Assembly: GCA_004431415.1 (NCBI GenBank)
Contig: QPMI01000408.1
Coordinates: forward strand, 868,001 to 932,000
Source: Cyanophora paradoxa CCMP329
Lineage: Eukaryota; Plantae; Glaucophyta
Direction of reading: 5' to 3'
Length of the DNA stretch: 64,000 nucleotides
Shown: positions 40,642 through 52,145 of the stretch, one piece after another
How the letters are laid out: the number at the start of each line of letters is the position of its first letter
Position numbering within the stretch: position 1 is the stretch's first letter
The notes under the pieces: generated by a model
The model's input: only the letters and a program-made list of their open reading frames with translations
The model's database searches: none
Told to the model about the DNA's origin: nothing
Made by a program: the position numbers and the translations under genes

Positions 40642-43600
40642 ATGTCCTACATCTTGAAGAAGCCAGTACCACTTCGTAAAGCTCCAGATTTTGTGGATGA
40701 TCGGCATATAAATATTCGCGTATTTGGGAGTACTCTAATTGACTACAATGCTGACAAAGATATACACCAGACTGAGTTTAATCGCCCAGCTGCATTAATT
40801 CTGCGCAACGCACATGTTGGCGCCCCAGATATTGCACAGAGATTTTGTCTGGGTCCAGCTGAGAATTATGTTGCTGAAATAATCGGATCCAGGGCGTTGC
40901 CGCGGCACCTGCGAATTGCCTCCTCAGGCACAGTTTCCAAATATGATTCTGGTAGATTAATCTTTAGGCTCCAAAATGATAGAGGGGTCCACACATCAGC
41001 TCTACGTCTAATTGATGAATCCAATGCTGTCACAAACAAGACTGCGGCTCACATTACAGGGCGAATTCTCCTTGGCGAAGATGCTGGAATATCAGTGCTA
41101 GCATCGCAAATCCAGCCGTTTCCCTGGGATCTACTTTTTACAGCTGCACGAGAAGCGAATATTTTATACGGTTTTGATGTAAATCAAATCGATACTGAGC
41201 CAGCCACCAGGTTAGATATTCCTGGATGCACCTTGGGCTCTATCCTGATTGAAGCTGACAGGCACCTGCTCCCTGCGTTGCATGACAGCTACGATCTAGG
41301 GCTCCGCACCAGGCAGTGGCGAAATATTCATGGAACAAATATTTATCAGGATGGTAAGAAGGTTAGCACTGAAGAGGAGGTGATCAACATTTTCAACTAC
41401 TACTTCGGACCTATTGTCCCTATACCACCTATACCACCTCTTCCAGGGCTACCGAAGCCGCCAACCCCGGACGGCCCAGGTCGAGAGCGAGTTGCTGATG
41501 AAACAGTTCCTTTCGGTCAACATATTGTCAGTTGGGAGCAAGTTCGCAATAAACCTATCTTCGAACCGAAAAAGCAAATAGATGAACAGTATTTACCTCC
41601 TGAAATCGATATATTAGAGCTTGAAGAATACCAATTTGTCCCAGATGAGGAAGAGTATTTACCTGACGGTTTCGACCCGCAAGAGTATGAATATGATCAA
41701 TATGACCCCAATGAGGAAGAGTATTTACCCGATGGTTTAGATCCACAAGAGTATGAGTATGAACAGAACTATGAACCCCACGAGGATTATTTAGCAGATG
41801 GCCTCGAGCCTCCTGCTGTTGAGTATGCGCAGCCTTATGAACACCATGAGGAATTATTGCCAGATGGTTTACAACCTGAGATTTTTGAGATGTACCTTGA
41901 CTGGGAGCAGATCAACAATAAACCCGCGAGATATCCACCAGAGGATCACAACCATGACTGGGATGAGATCTTAGGTAAACCTGAGAAATATCCACCTGAA
42001 GATCACAGGCATGATTGGGGCGATATTGATGGAATACCACCTGAGTTTCCGCCGGAAGACCATTTACATATTTGGAGCGAAATACGAGAGCAGCCCACTT
42101 TTGCATCAGCAGGTAATGTTTTACTAGGAGATATTAACAATGGGGTAAGTCTCTACCAAAATATAGACACACCAGAAAGATTACAATTAAATGATTACTA
42201 TGTGAATCGCAAAGGAATCGATGCAGGCACCACAATGGAAGGCGAATTATACATTAGACCCCTACAAGAAATGGAATATTGGGACTTGGTGGTGGTATTG
42301 AAATTAAAGACACCAAACCAGGTATCTATCTTACCAGCTACTATGCAGATGACATCCCAATGACAGGAGGATTGATCTCTCTACCATCTGATCCAGCAAA
42401 CTATGATGATAAAAACGCAGCAATCCAAATTAATGTTACTGATGTGAGTGATTTAGATTCATCAAGACCGAAATTAATATTCAGCAGAGAGAGATTGTTA
42501 CCAGATGCACTTTTGGGGAACCGAGATGACTATAAACAATGCGAGGTTGCATGGATTAAAACGAATTATAATGGTGGAGTTGGTGAGGGAGTTTTAGAAA
42601 TTAATCAGAGGGCAGCAGCAAAGAATATTCACAATGAGACCATATCAAGAGTGGTAACAGAGGATTATCTGAGAGACAATGGAGCAACAATCATCGCAGG
42701 AATTGCTGTGGAGGGTGCTTACCTTCCTCTCACTGGTGGAACTGTCACAGGTGATGTTCATGCTCCGAATTTCCTTGTTGATACTCCAAATGCTCAGACA
42801 TTTCCTGTTGTTCACCCAGGTGCTGAATATATATTAGATGCAAACACTCCAATTAGTAGAGTCGAATTACCAACGAATTTCACCTTTAATCTTGTGGATG
42901 TGTTCCCAAACAGCCATAATCTCATGTATTTCTCTTCTGAGAATTACCTTTCAGGTGCATTTTCGCCCATTGAACTCTCCATACCAAAGCAAAAGGTGAG
43001 CTACAAAGAACTCACAGATGTCCCGGCAGGATTTAGTGGTAAATGGACTGATATTACGGAGAAGCCAACTTGGAGTAGTGTAGCATTCACAGGTGATTAC
43101 TATGATTTATCAAGAATTCCCGATTTCACCACTTATATACCTCGTTGGATTGATCAAAGTGTAATTATATCAGAATCTACACTCCCTTTCAATGGGACAT
43201 GGGATAGACTATTTACTAAACCGAATTTGCATGCTGTGGCTACAAGTGGTGACTACAATGATTTAACTAACACCCCTACTGCACCGACCTTGCATGCTGT
43301 GGCTACAAGTGGAAACTATAATGATCTCGTTAATACACCAAACTTGCATGCTGTGGCTACAAGCGGGAACTATGACGATTTAATTAACACACCCACTTCG
43401 CCACCTACTCACAATCACAGCATAGAGTTGCTTACGAATTTCGGTAATTATGTGAATGCAAATGCATATGTGCAACAGGGGACAGCGAATGTAGTCATTC
43501 CTGCCGGAGTCTATTACAAAGGGGATTTTACCACAGTATCGGGAACCGTTACATTTTCTACCCCATATAATAGTGATCCAATAGTTAATGCTACTCTCGA

Positions 43601-43867
43601 AAATGATATTATCTTAACAAGTGTCAATTTTACAAACAGCATATATATCTCCGCTGAATTTGTGAGTGGGATTGCTATATTTACTTGTTACTCGGACAAA
43701 GCACTCGTAAATCCTGCCGTGTTGGTTTCAAAAATAAATTCACTTGGATTGCTATATTTACTTGTTACTCGGACATCAATTATACGAATGTGCCCCAAAA
43801 CGAAAGAACCCTTAAACTCCATTGGATTGCTGTCGGACCTCTCCAAAACAATAATATTCTCACGTAA
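40642..43867 (+). CDS. large fibre/spike protein (frameshifts near 42260 and 43700-43745)
   Basis: LPALHDSYDLG..W motif, acidic LPDG repeats, HxHxW..I..P..YPP repeats, LHAVATSG(D/N)Y(N/D)DL x3, C-terminal HWIAVG. Confidence 0.75.
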
Positions 43868-43887
43868 TTATAAAGAGCAATTTAAAG

Positions 43888-44816
43888 ATGACAACTGTAT
43901 TCACGCCTGTGTTTTCTTTGAGTGCAAGTGCTGTCCACAATGTCCAACACACTGTTTATGATTTATCTCCAAGCCACCCTTCGACTGAGACAGCGAAAAC
44001 CGATTCTTTTAATGACCAAAGCATACTCAGAGTCAAAGAACTCCGAGCTGACAAGGCTGATGGAGTCGTTAAAGCTACTCAAATGATCGTATCTAATCGA
44101 CCCGCAATCTCTTCGGGGCTGGTCACCAAAGAAAATCTATATGAAGGTCAACAGGATTCCAAAACGGCTTTTAATCCGGCTGATAGGAATTCGGCGGCTT
44201 TTCAAGTTTACAGTGGTGGGGCATGGATTGGGACTGGACTGAGTGTGAATGGGACAGTGACAGCGACTTCTTATGGGGCTGTGAGTGCAACCACTGGGAC
44301 GTTTTCAGGTCTCTTGACAGGAAATGGTGGAGTGAAAACAACTTCTGTCGATTCAGGAGCAGATTCTGATATAGTTTTGAAGCGAAATAATACAACGATA
44401 GCCGCCATCACAAATATTTGAAGGCTAATTTTTACCCATCATGTCGTGTTTATCATGCAACATCTACTGCTTATACAGCTGGTCAGGTGATCAAATGGGC
44501 AAACATTTACTACAATGTTGGGGGATGCTATAATTCAGCTACTGGTATTTTCACATGCCCTGTGGCTGGGATGTATGTTGTATCTTTTGGTGCATATGCT
44601 GATTCATCTACCTGTGATGTTGTGTGTCGACACAACGGTTCATCTACATTTTTAAGTCTTTTGAGTATAAAAACAACTTCAACACAAGGAGGAAGCCCTT
44701 GTGCAACATTTAAAGCCAATTCGGGCGATTACTTTGATGTTGCTGTGTCCCAAGGGACAGCAACAATTATCGCAAGTCAACAGAGTTTCTGTGTTGCATT
44801 AATTTATGCAGTATAA
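43888..44816 (+). CDS. fibre protein with C1q-like head (probable frameshift near 44414)
   Basis: YNVGGCYNSATGIFTCPVAGMYVVSF is a C1q-type motif; N-terminus shared with the genes at 45232 and 46102. Confidence 0.72.
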
Positions 44817-44837
44817 TAAAATGTTTTGCTATAATAA

Positions 44838-45086
44838 ATGTCGAACATCTACCAAGTGGTTCTAACTGATACTGAAAAACTGGGAATGGAATACTGTGCC
44901 TACTCTGTTCAGGATTGGATCGATAATGCTGCTCATAATCGGGCGAGAATTGCGATTGATGAGATTGTGGACAAAGAAGTTAAATCGTGTATTGCCGCTG
45001 GAATTCCGATTCCACTCACAAAGGAAGCGATTGTAGAGCAAGCGTTTGCAAGGGGACTGTTCGAAAGGCAAGCGAAATTCCTGTGA
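44838..45086 (+). CDS. small fibre-associated hypothetical protein
   Basis: TAAATG start; QDWIDNAAHNRARIAIDEIV; may extend to about 45100 if GGGG is really GGGGG. Confidence 0.7.
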   Translation: MSNIYQVVLTDTEKLGMEYCAYSVQDWIDNAAHNRARIAIDEIVDKEVKSCIAAGIPIPLTKEAIVEQAFARGLFERQAKFL

Positions 45087-45231
45087 GTGCTCCTATGTAA
45101 AGAACTCGAATTCGAAGAATGAGAGATGGGTTAATTGTTATTTTTCATAGATCATGCATAAGAAAGGCATGTATCTTGCATGTCCTTCTTGAAAGTCGTT
45201 TATTTTTCTTTCCTTCTTAGTAAAAGAAGCA

Positions 45232-46077
45232 ATGGGTGAATATAATCGAGTTCAACTTCCAATATATTCCCTTGGATCCCCTGCTATGCACTTTCGCCAG
45301 CATGAAGTAAATGATGAGGTTCGTGGATTAGAATCCACAGAGAGACCCAATTCCAATGGTAACTCCTTTGATAAGAATTCGATTATTCGAGTTAAAGAAC
45401 TTCGAGCCGACAAAAACTCAGGTGTGGTTAAAACAACTCGACTTCTTGTGACTAATGCCAACTTCTTTCAACCTACCAATGGAGGCCCTGATGCTTACAG
45501 TGTAAATCTGAAAGCTCTTGATTTCGATAAAAACACTGCTGCTGCTACAATTCGTTCAGGCGGTGCTTTTATTGGTGGAGGTTGCCGTGTATCCGGTCAA
45601 CTCTCTTCATCTGTTTCGTTTAATGATGTCCCTGATACTCTCGATCAAAATGTAGAGAATCCACAGCGTATTAGATTATATACACCTGTTGCACAGCAAC
45701 CATTTGTTCAATTTTACGTAGGTTATACAGTTACACTTGCAACCTCTGAACTAATTGAAGGAACCAAAAGAGTAATGAGAGGTCTCGCCATTCCAAACGC
45801 CATGCTCTCTTTATGTAGAGCCAACAACAACCAGCCAGGTCACAGGTACTATTTCAGTGTGCAGGGATATGATCATTTCGGCACAGGCTTCTGTGTTTAT
45901 AACAATAATTTCACTTACGATTTGTTTGTTACAGACATTGGCAAATATACTATAACAATTATCGGTTTGAGAACAGATATAGCAGCTGTTTCAGTTCTCA
46001 GAGGTGTTACTCCTGATACTCTTTCAGTATCAGGGTTTTACCAGGAACCAGATGTGATCGATGACCCCACTCCCTAA
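45232..46077 (+). CDS. fibre-like paralogue 2
   Basis: IRVKELRADK..GVVKTT and SGGAFIGGG shared with paralogues. Confidence 0.75.
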   Translation: MGEYNRVQLPIYSLGSPAMHFRQHEVNDEVRGLESTERPNSNGNSFDKNSIIRVKELRADKNSGVVKTTRLLVTNANFFQPTNGGPDAYSVNLKALDFDKNTAAATIRSGGAFIGGGCRVSGQLSSSVSFNDVPDTLDQNVENPQRIRLYTPVAQQPFVQFYVGYTVTLATSELIEGTKRVMRGLAIPNAMLSLCRANNNQPGHRYYFSVQGYDHFGTGFCVYNNNFTYDLFVTDIGKYTITIIGLRTDIAAVSVLRGVTPDTLSVSGFYQEPDVIDDPTP

Positions 46078-46101
46078 AATATATATATATGTTTAATATA
46101 A

Positions 46102-46934
46102 ATGGCTGAACCACCTCCAATTGAGCGTATTGTTACAGCACAGCTTTCATTAGCTGCACCAGCTAACCACGTTCTGCAGCATGCTACTTTCGATGATGTA
46201 GAAGGTCTGCAATCAACAGAGGTTCAACCTACGATGAACACCTTCGGTTCCACCCATAAACTGAGATTGCAGGAACTCAGGTGCGATAAAAATAATGGTA
46301 TAGTTAAGACCACGAAATTACTTGTAACTAATGCGAATTTTAGTGCCCATTATGGTGATCCAGACAGTTATGGCGCCCCTCTTTCGACTTATTCTTTCGA
46401 GTCTAGGTCAGGAGCTATTAACTGCAAGACGGGGGAGCATATATTGGTGATGGTTTGCGGGTTGGTGGAGCTGTTGGTGCTCCTCTCTTTGTTAATGATC
46501 AACCAAACCCTATTGATCCTAACACGAGAATTCGAACCTATTTGCCAAGTATGAATGCACCATATATTATAAAGATCTTCCCAATCGTTGTTAATGAGCA
46601 GACATCAGTAGTTGATTCTCTTGTGGAAATTGGTGACCACTACAAGGTGGTTGTTGATATCCCTCCAGACGTCTACGCTGTTTGTCAAGTAGAGGGTGGA
46701 ACCCCAAACATTGCTGTGGTGATTACTCCATATGATAATTTCGGGATCGCTTATCATGGTGTAAATTTCGGCCTTGAAGACTACCAGTTCTTGGTGAGAG
46801 CTACAAAATTCGGTATTTATAAATGCATTCTCTATGCAGAAAGAACCGATGCTATCGCAAGGCAGAATACCTATGCGGAGTACTACGGCACTAATAGGTA
46901 CTTCCCCATTTTCGGACAGGATACTGCCCCGTAG
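46102..46934 (+). CDS. fibre-like paralogue 3 (frameshift at G run near 46431)
   Basis: LRLQELRCDKNNGIVKTT; corrected frame reads TGGAYIGDGLRVGG. Confidence 0.75.
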
Positions 46935-47305
46935 AGAATATCCCTAATTATTTGCCGAGGCCTCTGATAATGGCCTCATGTCTTGCAGGGCTGTTTGAGT
47001 TGCTACATCATTTCCATGCACACTCCCGCTTGCAATCCCAGTGCTGCACAGCGGATCTTGACCTTTCCTTTGGTGGTGATCATGACAGCAACAGCGCCAA
47101 CCGTGAAGCTGAACGCGAAGCTCTTCAGCACGCAGAAGATCTAGCACCGCCCGGTGCGCACTACCAGAGGCCCCGGACTCCGTCAATAACGTACCATCTA
47201 TATCAGGATGCTTGAAGGCTCGCTGAGGCGGCCTGGACATCCTTTTTGTTTGCTTTTGAAAAATAAACAGCTAGCCGTTTTGAACAGTCCAGCTGCTGCA
47301 GCTCG

Positions 47306-47729
47306 GATAGATCGGAAACACAAACACAAACTACTATCATCGAATCTCGCCGAAATTTTTGTTGATAGATCGGAAACACAAACATAAACTACTATCACCG
47401 AATCTAAATTCCTAACTAAAGCTAGCTTCAAGGAACATCTAAAGCACACACTAAATAATCACATAGGAGATAGCTGGTAGACCGGCGCATGGGGGGCCGC
47501 CTCTCTCTTCCTGATTTTTCAATAGAAAACTCTCCAAAGTACTCCTATAATACTCCCTAAAAGGGAACAGGGCCGGTGTTGACCCTAGGGTCTAGGGTAG
47601 ACGTAGATCCAGAGAGCTCAAATGAGGGGGCTGGGGACGTAGCTAGGGTGTGTGGGAGGGGCGGGGATCTGGAGAGAGGGTGGGGGTCGGGGGCTGGGCC
47701 CACCGCGGCAACGCAATTTACATTTTTTT
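47306..47729 (-). repeat. right terminal inverted repeat, with about two 58-bp units
   Basis: Reverse complement of 26376-26915 with a few mismatches. Confidence 0.92.
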
Positions 47730-47959
47730 CTCATTTCTGCATCTGCCCGTTCTGCCTGAGTGCGGATGAGTGCGGCGTTTGACCGGCTGCAAGCACGCAG
47801 AATCTGCTGCTGGCACTTGCGTCGTGCCAGCATGTATTGTGCCTCGTCGCTGTCGGCTGGATCTGCATCGATACTGTTTGCCATGTTGTGCATCGTCGCC
47901 GTCGGCTGGATCCGCGTCGCGCCCCCGTCTCACATCTCAGTGCACGGCGCTCTCTTGCG

Positions 47960-49690
47960 ACCGTTCCCGTCGACTTCCAGCTCCCTGCTGCCCTCTAGCG
48001 CTCCGCTACCATCGCCCCTTTGCGCCCCGCTGCCATCTAGCGCACTTTCCCCGTCGCCCCTCTGAGCCCCACTGCCCTTTAGCGCTAGTTCCTCGCCCCC
48101 GTCGCCCCTCTGCGCCCCGCTGCCATCTGCTCTCCACCCCCTTCTCCCTTCTGCGCTCTGCTGCCTCTAGTGCCCCGCCCCCATCGCCCCCCAGCGCCCG
48201 GTCGTCGTCTAGTGCCCCGCCGTCCTCCCGCTCTCCGCCCCCGTCGTCCCCTAGTTACCGGCCGTCATTTAGCACCCTGCCGTCCTCCCGTGCCCCGCCC
48301 CCGTCTCCCCCCAGCGCCCGGCCGTCCTCTATCACCCCGTTGCCCTCCCGGACTCTGCCCCCGTCGCCTGTCGTACAAGCATTCCCCGGCCACTGCGCCC
48401 CCCAGCGCCTAGTCATCATCCATCATCTATCGTCCCGCCGTCCTCCAGTTCCCTTTCCACAACGGTAACGACACGTCAGCTGCAGCCAGTCTCTGTCTCA
48501 GTGAGCTGCAGCTGCGGCGCTACCGTAGTACGTACAAGTCACAGTGTGCGTGGCTGCAGCTGCCCATTCTTCAGGCACTCCGTTCGCGTTTAGCTGTAAC
48601 TGTAACTCTGCAGCTGACTCTCGAAACGGGCGCGCGCATGCAGCGGTATATGTGTGTGGTATCGATGCATATGCGGACGCAGACGGGAAGCATTTGAAGC
48701 AGTGACCGTCCGACGGTCGGACGTCGACGTCGGCGGCCCGTTTCAAGATTGACGCGTACGGCGGCTTGCCAATTGCAATCGCAAGTTTGGAATCGTGTGC
48801 GTGCCCTTGCCCTTCGGCGGCGCAATTGCAAGCGCTCAGCGGCTAGGCCCGCGGCCGGCGGCCATGGCCATGGGCCCGCATGAACTGACTCCCGGGGTCC
48901 GTGCGCCCGTTCCCTTCTACGCCATCACATCACCTGCCTCGTTGTTAGTCAGCTGCGGATTCGCCAGTTGCCCTCCCGGACTCTGCCCCCGTCGCCTGTC
49001 GTACAAGCATTCCCCGGCCACTGCGCCCCCCAGCGCCTAGTCATCATCCATCATCTATCGTCCCGCCGTCCTCCAGTTCTCCGCTCCCGTTGCCCCTTCT
49101 GTGCCCCGCCGTCCTCCCGCTCCCCGCCCCCTTCGTCCCCCAGCACCCGGCCGTCGCCCTCTAGCGCCCCGCCCCCGTCGCCCCTCTGCGCCCCGCTTCC
49201 CTCTAGCGCACTGCCCTCGTCGCCCATCTAAGCTCTGCTGCCCTCTAGCACTAGCGTTTCGCCCCCGTCGACCCTCTGTGCTCCGCTGTTCTCTGGTCTC
49301 CCGCTCCCTGCCCCCATCGTCCCCCATCACCCGGCCGTCGCCCTCTACCGCCCCGCCCCCGTCGCCTCTTTGCCCCCCGCTGCCCTCTAGCGCACCGCCA
49401 CCGTCGTCCTCTGAGCACCGCTGACCTATAGCGCTATCGCCTCGCCTCCGTCGCCCCTCTGTGCCCCACTCTCATCTGCTCTCCGCCCCCGTCTCCCTTC
49501 TGAGACCTGCTGCCCTCTAGTGTCCTGCCCACGTCGCCCCTTAGCGCCCGGTCGTCGTCTAGCGCTCCGCCTTTCTCCTGCCCCCCGCCTTCGTCGCCCC
49601 CTAGTGCCCGGCCGTCATGTAGCACCCCCCCGTCCGCCCGTGCCCCGCCCTCGTCGCCCCCCAGTGCCCGGCCGTCCTCTATCACGATTT
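47960..49690. repeat. degenerate C-rich host repeat array with an internal 113-bp duplication
   Basis: Recurrent CCGTCGCCCCT/CTCTAGCGC/GCCCCGCC units; 48339-48451 matches 48967-49079. Confidence 0.8.
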
Positions 49691-49772
49691 TGCCCATTCT
49701 GGCATTGTCGGATTCTGTTACATATGGATTCTTGTTGCGCCCTGCCGGCCTCTAATTTGTTGCGAGCTTCTG

Positions 49773-50357
49773 TTACATTCTTTGGGATGTGGCATTTGGA
49801 ACTCCGGTCGAAGTTTGTCCGCAAACGGAACGGGTGGGAATGACCTCGCGCAAATTTCTAGAGAAGTGAGACCCTGGCATTATGCGGAAGTACTTGTGGG
49901 AGTTGCAATCGTCGGAAATCTCACACAGTAATGTAGACGATGTCGGCATTGCGATAATATCCCAGTCGTCTCCTTCTGACGTCTTGGGTTCGGGGAACAC
50001 GATATTGAAGCACTCCCACGCGTCATCATGCAGCGGTCGAACGACACGATACATCATACCAGCGGTCCAATATATCAGTGCAATCCCGTTCTCCTGGAAA
50101 CGAATTGAGCGATCACCGTTGATAACCTCCAAGAATATGCGCTCAGTGTCGCTTGTTATGGCTATGATTGCAATCGACCCGTCGTAGACTGCTACGTGTG
50201 CACCCGCACTGAATCGAGTCGTCAATTCGCCGCGGTACCGTTGCAAGTGAGCATCGTGCCGAGCACTCCACATGATATCGCCGGCGGAGTTGCGATGCCT
50301 GAACTCGGCTACTGTCATCTCAACGACATGCCCGTCTGGGAACGTGTGCGAGTGCAC
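49773..50357 (-). CDS. hypothetical protein
   Basis: 194-codon ORF with globular-looking composition in about 50% GC sequence; no motif recognised; start uncertain. Confidence 0.4.
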   Translation of the reverse strand: MHSHTFPDGHVVEMTVAEFRHRNSAGDIMWSARHDAHLQRYRGELTTRFSAGAHVAVYDGSIAIIAITSDTERIFLEVINGDRSIRFQENGIALIYWTAGMMYRVVRPLHDDAWECFNIVFPEPKTSEGDDWDIIAMPTSSTLLCEISDDCNSHKYFRIMPGSHFSRNLREVIPTRSVCGQTSTGVPNATSQRM

Positions 50358-52145
50358 GATGTCATCTTGCAGCCTTCCGTCGGGCGAATGTGGCTGCGGC
50401 GCGGTTCATTTTTGTCTCTATAGCCATAGCAATGCGTGCGACGAACCTCGAGCTCCGCGCTAGTATCGTTCGGTCGCTCCTCGTCATATGTCACATTTGA
50501 CTGATCAGCCTGTACTATCGTGGGCGTTCGAGGACACGTGCTGCACACGTCCTCCGTCGACGAGCGCACATTATTTTCCACGCGAGGGCGCTTCGACCCA
50601 TGAATATCCCCGGCACCATTCATTCGTTCCTCTCTAATATATCACGCGGCGTTATTGAACGCTCAAGGATAGGGTATACACGTCGCACTGACCTAGACGT
50701 TGGTGTCGTTTGACTGACGGCGACTTGTATGTGATAGCGAAGGTTCGATATTTCTGGTACCCTTGTACGTGTACGTTGCAGTTCTGCAGTTCGTATCAGG
50801 ATAGCTTGTTCATCTGGCGTATCTGGTGCGATTGGCGACCAGTTGTATTGAGAGTACGTGCACTATTAAGTAGGTGCATATCTGCCTCCTTTTTGCGATG
50901 CATTACATCGCATTTGTAGATCTTCTCGTGCCCTGGTCTTCACTGAATGCATCTTAGATTGCGCTATATCCTGATACCATGTACGCTCCGGTCCGCTGTC
51001 TGTTTTTCCACTAGTGCTGTGATTCTGTCCGCGGGCTCTGGTGTGACCCCGGGTCCTCCCATTGCCGCCCCGTTACTTGAGTGTGCGATATTATACGTTG
51101 TCCATCCTATACTTAATTGATGCCTGCCGGCCGGCTGCTCATTCGGTCTCAGATTGAACAAGGTCCTGCCCCGTGAAGTGCCCCACCGCGCGTCCGTCCC
51201 GCCCCGCGGCCGGGAGCTGTCAACGCCGTCATCTGCGCCTCCGGCCCGCCCCGCGAGTCGTTGCCGTCGCTCGCCGTTCCTCCGGTCTGCCATGCGAGTC
51301 GCCGCTGTCGCCAAGAGTGCTATCTATTAACAATTATTACAGTCTACCTGGGTCGTCGGCCGTCAATCAATGATGTCAAATTATCCTACGGGCGTACACT
51401 TCGCGTACTGTCCTCCTGAAGTGGTGCGTTTAAAGTAAATGTCGCACGTATTGACTGTACGTATAATTTTATATACAGATTGAACTCCCCACCTGGCGCC
51501 CCCCTCAATTTTCCGCATTGAGCATGACAACTCTCGTACGCGTACATGTGGAATTATCGTACAGCCGTCTGGTTTGCCTGCCGCCCCGGCATTACTTGCG
51601 CTCAACGCCTGCGCCGCGGCGGCCCAGTCACCTGCTACGACCGCATCAACCATCTCGGCTGCATCATTGCTGCTTCCGCTGGGGCCGGCTGCGTCCGTTG
51701 GGGTGTCCGTCGTAGTGGTCGTCTCTGTCGCACAGTCCGACGCCACGCGCGCTGCAGCTACAGCTCCGATCAATTTCAGATCGTACGTGTCATCGGCAGA
51801 TCGGACCCACCCCCCAATGCGACGCGAGAGGGCCTGTTATCTGCGAGGTCTGTCGCTGCATCGACACCTGCTGGTCGGCCCGAACTCATCGCAGGCGTGC
51901 TCTATCACCGCACCTTCGTCGGCGTACGCGTACGAGTCGCCCATGTCCATCGGCGTCGGCGCCGTGCACGCCGCGCTCTCGTGCCGCCCTTGATCTTCCA
52001 GCTTGACATCTTCCGCGTCTATAACTGACCCCCTGCATTCAGCATCGCAGCGTGGCACGCGCTTTGACCGGTTGCAACATCCCTTGCACAAGCGCGCACC
52101 CTCAGGCTCATCGGTTGCATCGCTGCATCCTTCCATGACGCGCGC

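Larger units (their letters stand above)
26376..47729 (+). mobile_element. Polinton-like virus C, complete, 21.35 kb
   Basis: Terminal inverted repeats; AAAAAAATG...CATTTTTTT ends; CTCAT duplicated at 26371-26375 and 47730-47734; full replication and virion gene set. Confidence 0.93.

Noticed and set aside
46952-47215. Small ORF before the right terminal repeat
   Set aside because: It could be real, but there is no homologue in the window and no recognised motif.
26376-47729. Bacterial prophage or tectivirus
   Set aside because: The rve integrase, target duplication, LTR element and spliceosomal introns nearby indicate a eukaryotic endogenous virus.
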